A DNA stretch of 64,000 nt from an uncultured delta proteobacterium (lineage in GTDB: Bacteria > Desulfobacterota > Binatia > UBA9968). A program made the translations under genes and the position numbers. Position 1 is the first letter of the stretch. Every line of letters starts with the position of its first letter. A model generated the notes under the pieces. That model saw only the letters and a program-made list of their open reading frames with translations, searched no databases and had not been told where the DNA came from. Where the stretch lies: positions 128,001 through 192,000 of the forward strand of contig CAVYTU010000017.1 of NCBI GenBank assembly GCA_963771465.1. The letters run 5' to 3'. Positions 30,208-39,622 of this stretch are shown piece after piece.

Positions 30208-30909
30208 CTACGGTTTTCTATTAAACTCGAATGCGCCTCGCGCCTCGCCACTCTCCGGAACCGTAATCTCTTGGCTCTTGATCCCGCCGTCTTCATGCCA
30301 AGCCGTTAGGACATAATTGCCGGCCGGCAGATCGGGTATTGAAAATGTCCCCTGCTCATTGGTGACGGCATAGTATGGGTGATCGAAGACGTGGATGAAT
30401 CCCAACATCCACGCGTGGGTGTCGCAGACGACTCTTAAGATTCCTGCTTGCCTTATTCTCGAAGTCGTCTCAATGGTTGTGTTTCTGAAAGGCAAGGACA
30501 AATTGAAAACCGTCCGATCTCCCAGGTAGGCGTGTGGTACGTGCAGTTTTGGGTCGTTGCTTTTGACTTTTAACTTTTCTCCCCGCTGCATAGCCATCAC
30601 CCGCGGTGCGTAGCGACAGCCATCGTTGTAGAGAAAGTTTTCTTTCAGTGGATCAGCCGCTTTTCCTGCCGGCGCGGACTCGATAAAGACGACTACATTT
30701 TTAAGGCCGCCGTTTGATTCGATCAAATACGTCTCGTTAGGCAGCGTCTCGCCGCAATAGTCCTGATCTTTGCTGACCTTTATCGGTTTGAGTTGCGCTG
30801 GAGGATCAGTGAATCTGACCTCACCGGCGATCGAGCCGGCATGAATGTTAGCAACGGAAAACATGATGAGAGATGCGGCCAGGGTCGTCGTGAGTATTTT
30901 GGTTGCCAT
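30208..30909 (-). CDS. Secreted cupredoxin/carboxypeptidase-regulatory-like domain protein
   Basis: Signal peptide; GCRYAPRV, DPKLH, CDTHAWM, HPYYAVT, LPAGNY.LTAWHE. Confidence 0.75.
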   Translation of the reverse strand: MATKILTTTLAASLIMFSVANIHAGSIAGEVRFTDPPAQLKPIKVSKDQDYCGETLPNETYLIESNGGLKNVVVFIESAPAGKAADPLKENFLYNDGCRYAPRVMAMQRGEKLKVKSNDPKLHVPHAYLGDRTVFNLSLPFRNTTIETTSRIRQAGILRVVCDTHAWMLGFIHVFDHPYYAVTNEQGTFSIPDLPAGNYVLTAWHEDGGIKSQEITVPESGEARGAFEFNRKP

Positions 30910-31104
30910 CGTGAGCTCAGATATGTACGCTTTTGCAACGACCAACGGGCGACAGTACCCCAACTGCTTCGACAGGGTCAAGAATAGTTGTAACGCCGAA
31001 TATTCGAGTCGAGATATGGTAAGGTAGAGGTGAGTCCGTGGTCAATTGACAAGGTGGCTGTATCCGACTACATCCCGACGAGTCAGCGCTGCTACACTAA
31101 TACG

Positions 31105-32103
31105 ATGCATGGAGCCGTGAGCAAGATCCTCCGAACGGTCATCGGGGTCGGTATTCTCATTTTGTCGAGTTCGGTCGATCTCGGAGCGCAAAGCCGTAAG
31201 GTGCGCGTGGCGATGCCCGGCTACACGATTGCGGGATTGTCGTTTCTGACGGCGAAGCTTAACGGCTACTACGCCGGGGAAGGTTTGGATGTCGAGCTGA
31301 TCGCGATGCGCGCGCCGACGGCGAATTTGGCGGTGCTGAGTGGTAGCGTGGAGTTTTCCACCGTGCCCTTGGTCGGACTCAACACGGCGCTGCGCGGCGG
31401 CGCGTTGAAAGTAATCATGGTTCACTTCGACAAGCCGCAGCATGTGCTGTTCGTCAAAAAAGAGCTGCAAAATTTGCAACTATTGCGTGGGAAGAAGTTG
31501 GCGGTGTCCGGCCCCGGCGTGATCGACGACCTTCTCCTGCGGGAAGTTCTGGCGGCCAACGGCGTCGACGCCAACCGCGAAGTGACGATCCTAACACTGG
31601 GCTCGGCCGATACGCGCGTGACCAGCTTGATTACCGGCACGGTGGACGGCGCGATGATCATTGCGCCATTCACGTTCACGGCGAAGGACAATGGTTTCCG
31701 AGAACTGGTGGTGTTCAAGGATCAAGGCGTTCTCTTGGCCAGCGGTGGCATTGTGGCGCGAGACGAGATGCTCAGATCCGATCCGTTGCTGGTGGAGCGT
31801 TTCGTGCGCGCGTCGATGATGGGATTCATCCATTCGCGCGACAATCGAAATGGTGCGATCAGAGTTCTCACCAAGAGTCTCAAGATCGACGAATCCATCG
31901 CCGCGAAGGTCTACGATTCATCGCGGCCGACGATGACCGCCGATGGCACGCTGTCCGACGATAGCCAAAAAAAGATGGCCGCCTTCGTGGCCAAGACTGC
32001 GGGTCTCAAAGATATCGCGCCGGTGGAAAGGGTTTTCGATTTTTCATTCGTCCGCAAATCCCACGCGGCGCTGCACGCGAAAGGTTGGCAGCCCGGATCG
32101 TAA
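31105..32103 (+). CDS. ABC substrate-binding protein (NMT1/SsuA-like)
   Basis: GYYAGEGLDVEL, LRGKKLAVS, GTVDGA. Confidence 0.85.
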   Translation: MHGAVSKILRTVIGVGILILSSSVDLGAQSRKVRVAMPGYTIAGLSFLTAKLNGYYAGEGLDVELIAMRAPTANLAVLSGSVEFSTVPLVGLNTALRGGALKVIMVHFDKPQHVLFVKKELQNLQLLRGKKLAVSGPGVIDDLLLREVLAANGVDANREVTILTLGSADTRVTSLITGTVDGAMIIAPFTFTAKDNGFRELVVFKDQGVLLASGGIVARDEMLRSDPLLVERFVRASMMGFIHSRDNRNGAIRVLTKSLKIDESIAAKVYDSSRPTMTADGTLSDDSQKKMAAFVAKTAGLKDIAPVERVFDFSFVRKSHAALHAKGWQPGS

Positions 32104-32113
32104 CAGCTGTGAA

Positions 32114-32143
32114 TTGACATTCGTAAAGGACTGGCACTAGAGT
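32114..32143 (+). promoter_or_regulatory. Putative sigma70 promoter for the grdE/grdB-like pair
   Basis: TTGACA-N18-TAGAGT, 18 bp before ATG 32162. Confidence 0.45.
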
Positions 32144-32161
32144 CGGTGTCGAGAAAAACTC

Positions 32162-33436
32162 ATGCAACTGTCACTGGCGATTCATCCCGTTACATCGATT
32201 CAATTCGGCGCGCGCACGGGTTTGGTCGGAACGACGCTTTCGATCCAACAAGACGAGTTGCGTCGGCTCGTGCTTGAAGAGAGTTCATTCGCAGCCGTCG
32301 ACTTCGAGCTCGCTCGACCGGGGGATAGTCTACGGGCGGGGCCGATATTTGACATCGTCGAGCCGCGCGCTAAGGCGCCGGGCGGAAGTCCCGATTGGCC
32401 CGGCATTCTCGGCGAGCCGCATACTGCCGGCAGCGGTACGACCCATGTCCTTGAGGGCGCCGCAGTGGCCGTCGTGCGCGAAGACTCACCCGGCGAGTCG
32501 CGCGGCGCTACTGGCTACGTCTTGGAAATGAGCGGCGCACCGGCGGCGAGCTCGCACTACGCGACGCTCTGTCACTTGATCATGGTGCCCCATAGCAAAG
32601 CGGATGTGCCGGCGCATGCACGCCAAAGAGCTTATCGGCTGGCGCAATTGAAAATTGCCGTGCACCTGGCGCGCGCCGCGCTCAATGAAATTCCCGCGCG
32701 CACGCTCAGTCTTGATACGGCGATCGCTGCCGACCGCGTCGGACTGCCGCGGATCGCTTACGTTGGCCAAATATTTTCCCGCCAAAGAAAACCGGTCCAG
32801 GATGAGTCGATTCTTTACGGCGCCGATACCGACGGCATGCTGCCGACGGTGCTCCACCCCAACGAGTGGTTAGACGGCGCGCTGCTGCCGTCGTACCATT
32901 GTTCGCTGGGCGGCGCGGAAACCTATTTTTATCAAAACCATCCGGTCATCACGACACTGTATCGGCGCCATCAGGCGGGCGAATTGAACTTTGCCGGCTC
33001 CGTGGCGACCATCGCGTCGGCGGATAATTCCGACCGCGATCGCAACACGCACTTGGCGGCCAATCTAGTCAAATGGGCGCTTGGCGCCGACGCAGCGGTG
33101 CTGACTAAATTCGGCGGTGGCGTGCCGCACACGGACCTTGCAGAAACTGCACGCTTGCTGGAAATTATGGGAGTAAAAACCGCGGTGCAGGTCACCGACC
33201 TGGCGCGCGATCATAGGATCGAGTCGGCGCTGCTGTTTAATTTCCCCGAAGTGAACGCGGTGGTCTGTGTCGGCGGTAACGACACGAAGTGGAATCTGCC
33301 GCAAGTCGAGCGCGTCATCGCCGCCGACAGCGGCATGGCGGAATTGCTCGCCGGTCCGTTTGAAATCGACTCGCTCAACGTCATCGGTGTGGCCAATCAG
33401 CAGGGCGCGTCGCGGTTGCGGTCGATGGTTTACTAA
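32162..33436 (+). CDS. Glycine/sarcosine/betaine reductase component B proprotein subunit (GrdE/GrdG/GrdI-like)
   Basis: DIVEPRAK, GSGTTHVLEG, LPRIAYV, PTVLHPNEWLDGA, TYFYQNHP, VVCVGG. Confidence 0.85.
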   Translation: MQLSLAIHPVTSIQFGARTGLVGTTLSIQQDELRRLVLEESSFAAVDFELARPGDSLRAGPIFDIVEPRAKAPGGSPDWPGILGEPHTAGSGTTHVLEGAAVAVVREDSPGESRGATGYVLEMSGAPAASSHYATLCHLIMVPHSKADVPAHARQRAYRLAQLKIAVHLARAALNEIPARTLSLDTAIAADRVGLPRIAYVGQIFSRQRKPVQDESILYGADTDGMLPTVLHPNEWLDGALLPSYHCSLGGAETYFYQNHPVITTLYRRHQAGELNFAGSVATIASADNSDRDRNTHLAANLVKWALGADAAVLTKFGGGVPHTDLAETARLLEIMGVKTAVQVTDLARDHRIESALLFNFPEVNAVVCVGGNDTKWNLPQVERVIAADSGMAELLAGPFEIDSLNVIGVANQQGASRLRSMVY

Positions 33437-33439
33437 GTA

Positions 33440-33499
33440 AGGCAATAGGCAACAGTAAGATGGAGAAGGTTCTGCACTATTGTCTACTGCCTATTGCCT
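33440..33499. repeat. Heptamer-based inverted repeat between the grdE-like and grdB-like genes
   Basis: AGGCAATAGGCA (33440-51) and TGCCTATTGCCT (33488-99), perfect 12 bp, ending at the AAGGAG RBS. Confidence 0.75.
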
Positions 33500-33511
33500 A
33501 AGGAGTTCAGC

Positions 33512-34792
33512 ATGCGCATCGTTCATTATCTCAATCAGTTTTTTGCCGGACTCGGCGGGGAAGAACATGCTGGCACGCCGCTCGAAGTACATGACGGCGC
33601 CATCGGGCCGGGGAAATTGTTTCAGCAATTGCTTGGCGGCGACGCTCAGGTTGTCACGACGCTCGTCTGCGGTGATAACTATGCGGTGGAGAATCAGAAG
33701 ACGGTGGTTGCCGACGCGTTGAATAAAATTCGTGACGCGCAGGCTGAGCTGTTTGTCGCCGGGCCATGCTTTTTGGCTGGCCGCTATGGCATGGCCGCTG
33801 GCGCGCTGTGCGCCGCGGTGCAGGCAAAGCTTGGGATTCCTGTGGTTACCGGCATGGCGCAGGAAAATCCTGGTGTCGATCTCTACCGCGAGACTCTTTA
33901 TATCATCGACTCGGGCGACAACGCGGCCAAGATGCGCGATGTGCTCGTGCGCATGGCGGCGTTGGCGTTGAAACTGGCGCGCAAGGAAGCGATCGGCCGG
34001 CCCAAAGATGAGGGTTATATCGCGCGCGGCTTGATTCGCGATCAGTTGGTTACAGCGACAGCGGGGGAACGGCTGGTCGATATGGTTTTGGCGAAAGTGA
34101 CAGGCGAGCCATTCGAATCCGAAATGATGGCGACGGCGTTTGCGCCAATCCCGATGCCGCCGGGGGTAAAAGATCTCCGCAAAGCGAGAGTGATGCTGAT
34201 TACGGACGGCGGCTTGGTGCCGAAGGGCAACCCGGACAAAATTCAGGGCTCGGCGGCGACGCGATGGGGGTCGTATAGCATCAAAGACTGCACAGATCTC
34301 GATGGCTCGGATTACGAAATTTCGCACGGCGGCTACGACGCGCAGTTCGTTCGGCAAGATCCCGACCGGCTGGTGCCGTTGGACGTGATGCGCGACCTGG
34401 AGAAAGAAGGCGCCATCGGCGAGTTGCACGATGAATTTCTCTCGACTTCCGGTTTGGCCAATCCGCTCTCCAATACCCGGCGCATGGGGCGCGAGATGGC
34501 CGAGAAAGCCAAACGGCTGGGCATCGACGCGATCATACTTACGTCTACGTGAGGCACGAGTACTCGCAGCGGCGCTGCGATTACAACCGAACTGGAAAAA
34601 GCCGGCATCCCCACCGTGCAAATCACCGCAGCGTTGCCGGTCGCGAAAATGGTCGGCGCCAACCGAATCGTACTCGGTAACGGTATCGTCCACGTCGTCG
34701 GCGACGCCAAAATGCCGGCGGAGAAGGAAAAACAGGTGCGCCGCCGGCTTATCGAGCAGGCGTTGGCTACACTGCGCGGCGATGGCAATTAA
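33512..34792 (+). CDS. Glycine/betaine/sarcosine reductase family selenoprotein B (GrdB-like), Sec at TGA 34550-34552
   Basis: MRIVHYLNQFFAG, CGDNY, GPCFLAGRYG, GGLVPKGNPD, HGGYD, DPDRLVPLD, LTST-TGA-GTSTRSGA...ELEKAGIP...VGANRIV; the frame stays open 79 codons past TGA to TAA 34792 (426 aa). Confidence 0.92.
34560..34584 (+). promoter_or_regulatory. Bacterial SECIS-like stem-loop
   Basis: GTA-C-TCGCAGC-GGC-GCTGCGA-T-TAC; the 17-nt upper hairpin starts 11 nt after UGA and has G residues in the loop. Confidence 0.8.
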
Positions 34793-35131
34793 GCAGCCAC
34801 GTGCCGCCTACCGCAGGCATGCAAATCTAGCGCAGAAAGTTGTCGGGTCTCGCTTACGTAAGAGCGGCTTCCTTGTTAGGATATCGTCATGAAAAAACCG
34901 CCATTTGCGCTGCAGCTAAAGTAGCGGCGTGATCATCGTAAAAAGCTGAATTGACTCATTGAGTCTCACGACCATGAAACGGCGCCTGATCGGTCCAACC
35001 GTCATCCCATCGATGCTCACCGGATTGGTGGCGGATTCTTTGTACTTCGATGATTCGCCGCAGAGCGATGTGAATGTTCTGGCGAAAAGCGTATTAGTTT
35101 TTGGCGCGGTTTTTACCCTGCCCTCGACCCA

Positions 35132-36118
35132 ATGAACCTAGCCTGGCTTGACGAATATCTCCTGCCGATAACCATGATCGTGTTGGTGTTCGCGCTGTTG
35201 TGGTTAGCGATTACCCGTGCGAAGGAGGCCAAGCGGGAAGCTACCCAGGATGCCGAAACGTCGACGCCATCGGCAGCGCAGTCACAGTTGTCGGATATTC
35301 GTCAGGGCGTCGAGTTGGTCGCCGACGCCGAGCCCGCAACCGTGCCATCTCGACGCTATCCCCTGATCCGCCAGCTGACCTTCGGCTTTGGCGCCGTCGC
35401 GATTGTTTTTGGTTTCGCTACCTGCGTGATCGTGTTTGGTTCTATTTCTCGGGTCTACGAAAAGGAACTCACCAGCCGCACCCAGATCATTACTATCGGC
35501 TTGAGTGATCTCGTGACGCGCCGACTGGCGACCAAGTCGGTACAGGGGCTTGCCAACGACGTGGAAAAATATGCGGCGATGAAAGCGGTGGCCTATGTTT
35601 ACGTGGAAAACGCCAAGGGCGCGATCATAGCTAACGCGCCGGAAGAATTGCCAAGATATCTAATTCGAGACTTTCCAAGGTCAGCGGAGCGGGCGCTCGG
35701 CGGCGTCAATATGCGCTATCGCGGTGCGGACGTATACGAAGTTGCCAATCGAATCGGCGGCGTCAATACGGGCTTCGTTCACTTGGGGATTTGGCGCGAC
35801 GCGATCGCCGCGGAGGCGCGCATGGCGCTCTTGCCGATGGTGGCAGGGATCGTCGTGCTGATCCTCGGCATCACCGCCATGTTTATCGTCATCGCGCGGC
35901 GCTTGAACCGTCCCCTGCTCGACCTGGTCGTTCAAGCCGATCGTATCAGCCGCGGCGATTTCACCGTCACCCTGAGCTCAAAGCGTAGCGACGAGATCGG
36001 CGACATCGCGCGCTCCATCGAGCGGCTGCGGGCTAGCTTGTTCGCGGTCGTGCGCCGGTTGGATCAAGCCAACTCAACCGAACAGACGGATAAACTTCCG
36101 GCTCGTGGCGACCGTTGA
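35132..36118 (+). CDS. Membrane protein with sensor-like domain and terminal HAMP domain, no output domain
   Basis: TM segments; RPLLDLVVQADRISRGDF...DEIGDIARSIERLR, then stop soon after. Confidence 0.8.
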   Translation: MNLAWLDEYLLPITMIVLVFALLWLAITRAKEAKREATQDAETSTPSAAQSQLSDIRQGVELVADAEPATVPSRRYPLIRQLTFGFGAVAIVFGFATCVIVFGSISRVYEKELTSRTQIITIGLSDLVTRRLATKSVQGLANDVEKYAAMKAVAYVYVENAKGAIIANAPEELPRYLIRDFPRSAERALGGVNMRYRGADVYEVANRIGGVNTGFVHLGIWRDAIAAEARMALLPMVAGIVVLILGITAMFIVIARRLNRPLLDLVVQADRISRGDFTVTLSSKRSDEIGDIARSIERLRASLFAVVRRLDQANSTEQTDKLPARGDR

Positions 36119-36162
36119 AATTAACCCTCGGTTTTGGCAAAGAGTAACCCGGAATCAAACTC

Positions 36163-37392
36163 ATGAAAAAGCGCATTGCCGCAGTATTTCTTGCGATAAC
36201 ACTCACGGGCGCCCTGCTCGGGTGTGTGCTTTATTACGCGGCCAACTATGAGCAGGGAGCGATGACGCTGGCGGAGCTGAGCGCCGGCAGCCCTTCGGCG
36301 CCCGACGCGAATCCAAATCTCGCCTTTCTTTCGCAGCCGATTCAAAAAGTCGGCGCCTGGCTCAGCGAACTAGAAGCCGAAGTGATTATCTATAGCGTGG
36401 TCGGTTTTGTCGCGCTGTTAATTATCCTGCGGCTGCTATTGGCGGTGCTGCGGGCAATCAAAGATGAAATATCGTTTCGTGCCCAGGAGCGTAATAGCTA
36501 TCGATTTGCGGCTATGCCAGCCGATACGTTCACGTCGAGGCAAACACCGTTAATGCGCATACTGCCTAAAGACACCGTCCCCAGCGCTGAAGCCGAGACG
36601 CGAGTCTACGAGGCACGGTTCGCTGACACCATGCGTCATGGCGTAGACGCTTTGTGGTGGTATCTGCGCGAGCATGGGAAAGGCTTGAGCGGCAGGTTGA
36701 TTTTGACCTTTACCGGAGTGGTTACCCTGTTTGGCATAATTACCGCGGCGTTGGTCTACCATACCCTGACGCAATCCCTAACCGGCCACGCGATCCAACG
36801 CGCCAGGATCATTGCCCTGAACGTCAGCGACAGCGCGCCGGCCTATCTGATGAAGCAAGACGCGGATACGCTGCGCGAGCTGCTGCGCAAACAAGTCAGC
36901 AACCCGCCAATGGCGTATGTCCTAGTTGAAAGGCGCTCGGGAGAGATTTTCGCGCACAGCTTCGCCGCGTTGCCCGACGAGGTGCAAAACCAGAGCGCCG
37001 CCAGCGGCGCTGCCATTGCGGCGCAGCGCACCTTGCGTGTCGGTCAAGGCATGGTCTACGAAGTCTCGGTGCCTATCCTCGATGGCCAGCGCGGCGCGGT
37101 GCGCGTCGGTATTTGGCAGGATGATGTCGATACCGCGATCAGCGAAACCATCGCGCCCCTGATCAAGTGGCTGGTACTGATCGTTATCGGCGGCGCTTTG
37201 ACAGCGCTATTCCTGGCGTGGAACATCAGCCGGCCCATCGTCCGATTGGTGCAACTCGCGCGACGCATCAGTCGTGGTGACCTCGATGCGCCGTCGCTCG
37301 GCATGGAGGACAAGACCGAGTTCGGCGAGCTGTCGCGCGCTCTGGAGCGCATGCGCTCGAGCGTCAAAGCCGCTGTGATACGCTTGGGTTGA
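36163..37392 (+). CDS. Membrane protein with sensor-like domain and terminal HAMP domain, no output domain
   Basis: RPIVRLVQLARRISRGDL...EFGELSRALERMRSS then stop; paralog of the upstream gene. Confidence 0.8.
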   Translation: MKKRIAAVFLAITLTGALLGCVLYYAANYEQGAMTLAELSAGSPSAPDANPNLAFLSQPIQKVGAWLSELEAEVIIYSVVGFVALLIILRLLLAVLRAIKDEISFRAQERNSYRFAAMPADTFTSRQTPLMRILPKDTVPSAEAETRVYEARFADTMRHGVDALWWYLREHGKGLSGRLILTFTGVVTLFGIITAALVYHTLTQSLTGHAIQRARIIALNVSDSAPAYLMKQDADTLRELLRKQVSNPPMAYVLVERRSGEIFAHSFAALPDEVQNQSAASGAAIAAQRTLRVGQGMVYEVSVPILDGQRGAVRVGIWQDDVDTAISETIAPLIKWLVLIVIGGALTALFLAWNISRPIVRLVQLARRISRGDLDAPSLGMEDKTEFGELSRALERMRSSVKAAVIRLG

Positions 37393-37415
37393 GAACTATT
37401 GGCTTTTTTTCAACG

Positions 37416-37700
37416 CTACTTTCCGCTGTAGAGTTCTGTCACGAAGCCGCTGCTTTCTAGTTCCTGCAGAAATCGATTGTCGTAGAAATCTTTCGGGTTC
37501 GCCGCCGGTGCCTTGGCGTGGTCGGTCACTGACAACGCGGCGCGGATCGCTTCGTCGGTGACGTAGGGAACTTTGGGAAACAGCGGCGCAAAGCTCTTGT
37601 AGGCTTCGTCGATGATCTCCTGATCCTTCGAGGCGAGATATTTGCCGATCGCCCGCTTCGAGATCTCCGGCTGTTCGAGGAAAACCGTAGGCCGGTGACC
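37416..37700 (-). pseudogene. Orphan C-terminal fragment of an NMT1/SsuA-type substrate-binding protein
   Basis: Manual frame: VFLEQPEISKRAIGKYL...PKVPYVTDEAI...NPKDFYDNRFLQELESSGFVTELYSGK*; no room for the N-terminal two-thirds. Confidence 0.7.
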
Positions 37701-37802
37701 ATCGAAAATCGCAGCCCGACAAAAGTCTCTCGGTGAAGCGCCGCTCTTGTGTCCTGGGGAGCGTCTTCATCACCGGCTCTCGGGTAGTTTGCTGCGAGGT
37801 TT

Positions 37803-38651
37803 TTACTTAAAAGGTTTGGTAGCGCGAAAGCCTAGGTCGCGATACCAGTCCCGCACCTCGGCGAAGCCGTCGACGCGGGTAAAGTAATCGTCTTGGCCGC
37901 CGCTGTTTTTTAATTCCACGAGCATGGTGCGTGCCGCCGCCAGCGCGGCCATCGAGACGCTCGAAGTTACCAACGCTACTTTGAAGCCGAGGGCGAAAAA
38001 TTCCGCCAGCGTGTTGATACCGGCCCGTGGCCATGGATTCATCAGCGGCACCGCGACGTTGGCGCCGAACCATCGGTGCTCCTCGGCGTCACTCAGATGA
38101 ACGCCGATGGCGTCGATGCCGGCGCTGACATAGGCGTCGATACGCTCGAGCACTTGCTCACGGGATTCGGCGGCGCGGGCGTCGCAGCGCACGGCGAGAA
38201 TCATCGCCGCGTCGGAGCGCGCATCGGCCATCGCTTTGATCTTGTCGACCATCTCGGCAACGGTGACGGTCGGCCGCTCGGCGTCGATGCCGTTCTGGCC
38301 GAACATACTATCTTCAAAGCGGATACCGGCGACGCCGGCGCGTTCGAAGGCGCGCACAGCGCGCGCGGTTTGCAGCGGTCCGCCGTAACCGGTCTCGCCA
38401 TCGACGAGCATTGGGATGGTGAGAACTTCCGCGATGGAGGTCGCTCGTTCGGCCATCTCTGTCATTGTCACCATGCTGCAATCAGGCAGCACGCGGCTGC
38501 GATGCATGCCGTTGCCGGCGAGGTGAAAAAGCCGGTAGCCGCAATCTTCGACTAAGCGCGCGAACATGGGGTCGGGCGCGCTTGGGGCGATGATCCCGTC
38601 CGACGCTTTGAGGAGTTCCCGGAACTGCAGCCGTTTGTTGTGATCGTTCAT
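37803..38651 (-). CDS. Isocitrate lyase/PEP mutase family protein (lacks KxCGH loop; oxaloacetate-decarboxylase-like)
   Basis: VDGETGYGG, AGIRFED, KIKA, AVRCDA. Confidence 0.8.
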   Translation of the reverse strand: MNDHNKRLQFRELLKASDGIIAPSAPDPMFARLVEDCGYRLFHLAGNGMHRSRVLPDCSMVTMTEMAERATSIAEVLTIPMLVDGETGYGGPLQTARAVRAFERAGVAGIRFEDSMFGQNGIDAERPTVTVAEMVDKIKAMADARSDAAMILAVRCDARAAESREQVLERIDAYVSAGIDAIGVHLSDAEEHRWFGANVAVPLMNPWPRAGINTLAEFFALGFKVALVTSSVSMAALAAARTMLVELKNSGGQDDYFTRVDGFAEVRDWYRDLGFRATKPFK

Positions 38652-38655
38652 TGGG

Positions 38656-39603
38656 CTAGTTTCCTACCGGCGCGAACAGTTCGCTCAGCGCCGGCCGATT
38701 GGGGATGTAACCTTGCTCGTTGGCGTACTGGACGAACTTCTCCAGCACGACGCGATTTTCCGGCGTGAGGCCGTGACCCCAAGGATTTGCTCCGAATAGT
38801 TCTTCCTCTTCCTCCAAGATCAACACTGCCGAAGGAAATGCCGAGCGCTTGGCGTAGTCGTAGGATTTGCGGCAAAGCGATTCGGCTTGAGTGAATGCTT
38901 CAAGCAGGCTCGAGACGAGCCAGGGATTCTTCTCGAATAACGATTGCCTGACGACCAGCGTATGAGTGATCGGAAAAATTCGGGTCGTGCGGAAATAGTC
39001 GTTGACTGTGCGCCGCGCATCTTGGAAGAGACGGCGAATGCGCGGATCTTTATTGCGAAACGACGGCACGATGTTGGGTGGGATCAACGCGTCGATTTCA
39101 CCGCGCAGCAACAGCGCTTCGGTCGGCTCGTCGACTACGCTAATCTTTATTCCAGCCGGCGGCTGATAGCCGGCCCGTTCGGGTGCCGAAGTAAACCACT
39201 CGCAGTCCTGCGGCCGCACGCCGTAGTATTCTTGCAAGATTCCTCTCGCCCACAGGCCGACGGTCAGTCGATATTCGTCCATGCCGATTTTTTTGCCCTT
39301 CAAGTCTGCCGCACGTTCGATTGCCGATGATGTCGAGCAGAAGATGTAGGGATGAATTTGCATTCTCAGTGGAAAGATCGGCAGCGCGACCACGGGCTCG
39401 TTGCGTGAGCGCGCCATCATGTACCAGGAGAGCGACATCTCGGCGATGTCGAATTCTTCGTACACCGGCCGCATACAGGCTTCGCCGCTCTCAGCCCGGC
39501 GCGGTTGCAGATTGATTCCTTTTGCCGGCACTTCGCCGGCAAGCAAAGGCCGGGTGCGGTGATAGTCGGCGAGCATGATCGTCAGGTCGAGGGATTGAGA
39601 CAT
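38656..39603 (-). CDS. 4,5-dihydroxyphthalate decarboxylase-like protein
   Basis: DYHRTRPL, FDIAEMSLS, LPIFPLR, WARGIL, IFPITH, NPWGHG. Confidence 0.8.
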   Translation of the reverse strand: MSQSLDLTIMLADYHRTRPLLAGEVPAKGINLQPRRAESGEACMRPVYEEFDIAEMSLSWYMMARSRNEPVVALPIFPLRMQIHPYIFCSTSSAIERAADLKGKKIGMDEYRLTVGLWARGILQEYYGVRPQDCEWFTSAPERAGYQPPAGIKISVVDEPTEALLLRGEIDALIPPNIVPSFRNKDPRIRRLFQDARRTVNDYFRTTRIFPITHTLVVRQSLFEKNPWLVSSLLEAFTQAESLCRKSYDYAKRSAFPSAVLILEEEEELFGANPWGHGLTPENRVVLEKFVQYANEQGYIPNRPALSELFAPVGN

Positions 39604-39622
39604 ACGGGCTCCTTCTAATGAT

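Noticed and set aside
32132-32147. Sigma54 promoter TGGCAC before the grdE-like gene
   Set aside because: No TTGC/GC at the -12 position
34550-34552. TGA as a true stop or pseudogene
   Set aside because: It falls at the known Sec position, with continued homology and a SECIS-like hairpin
33491-34693. 400-aa antisense ORF over the GrdB-like gene (likewise 1522-2406, 8267-9175, 58982-59797)
   Set aside because: Shadow ORFs of GC-rich coding strands with no recognisable motifs
37396-37773. 125-aa ORF from the track
   Set aside because: Wrong frame; the adjacent frame encodes a recognisable SBP C-terminus
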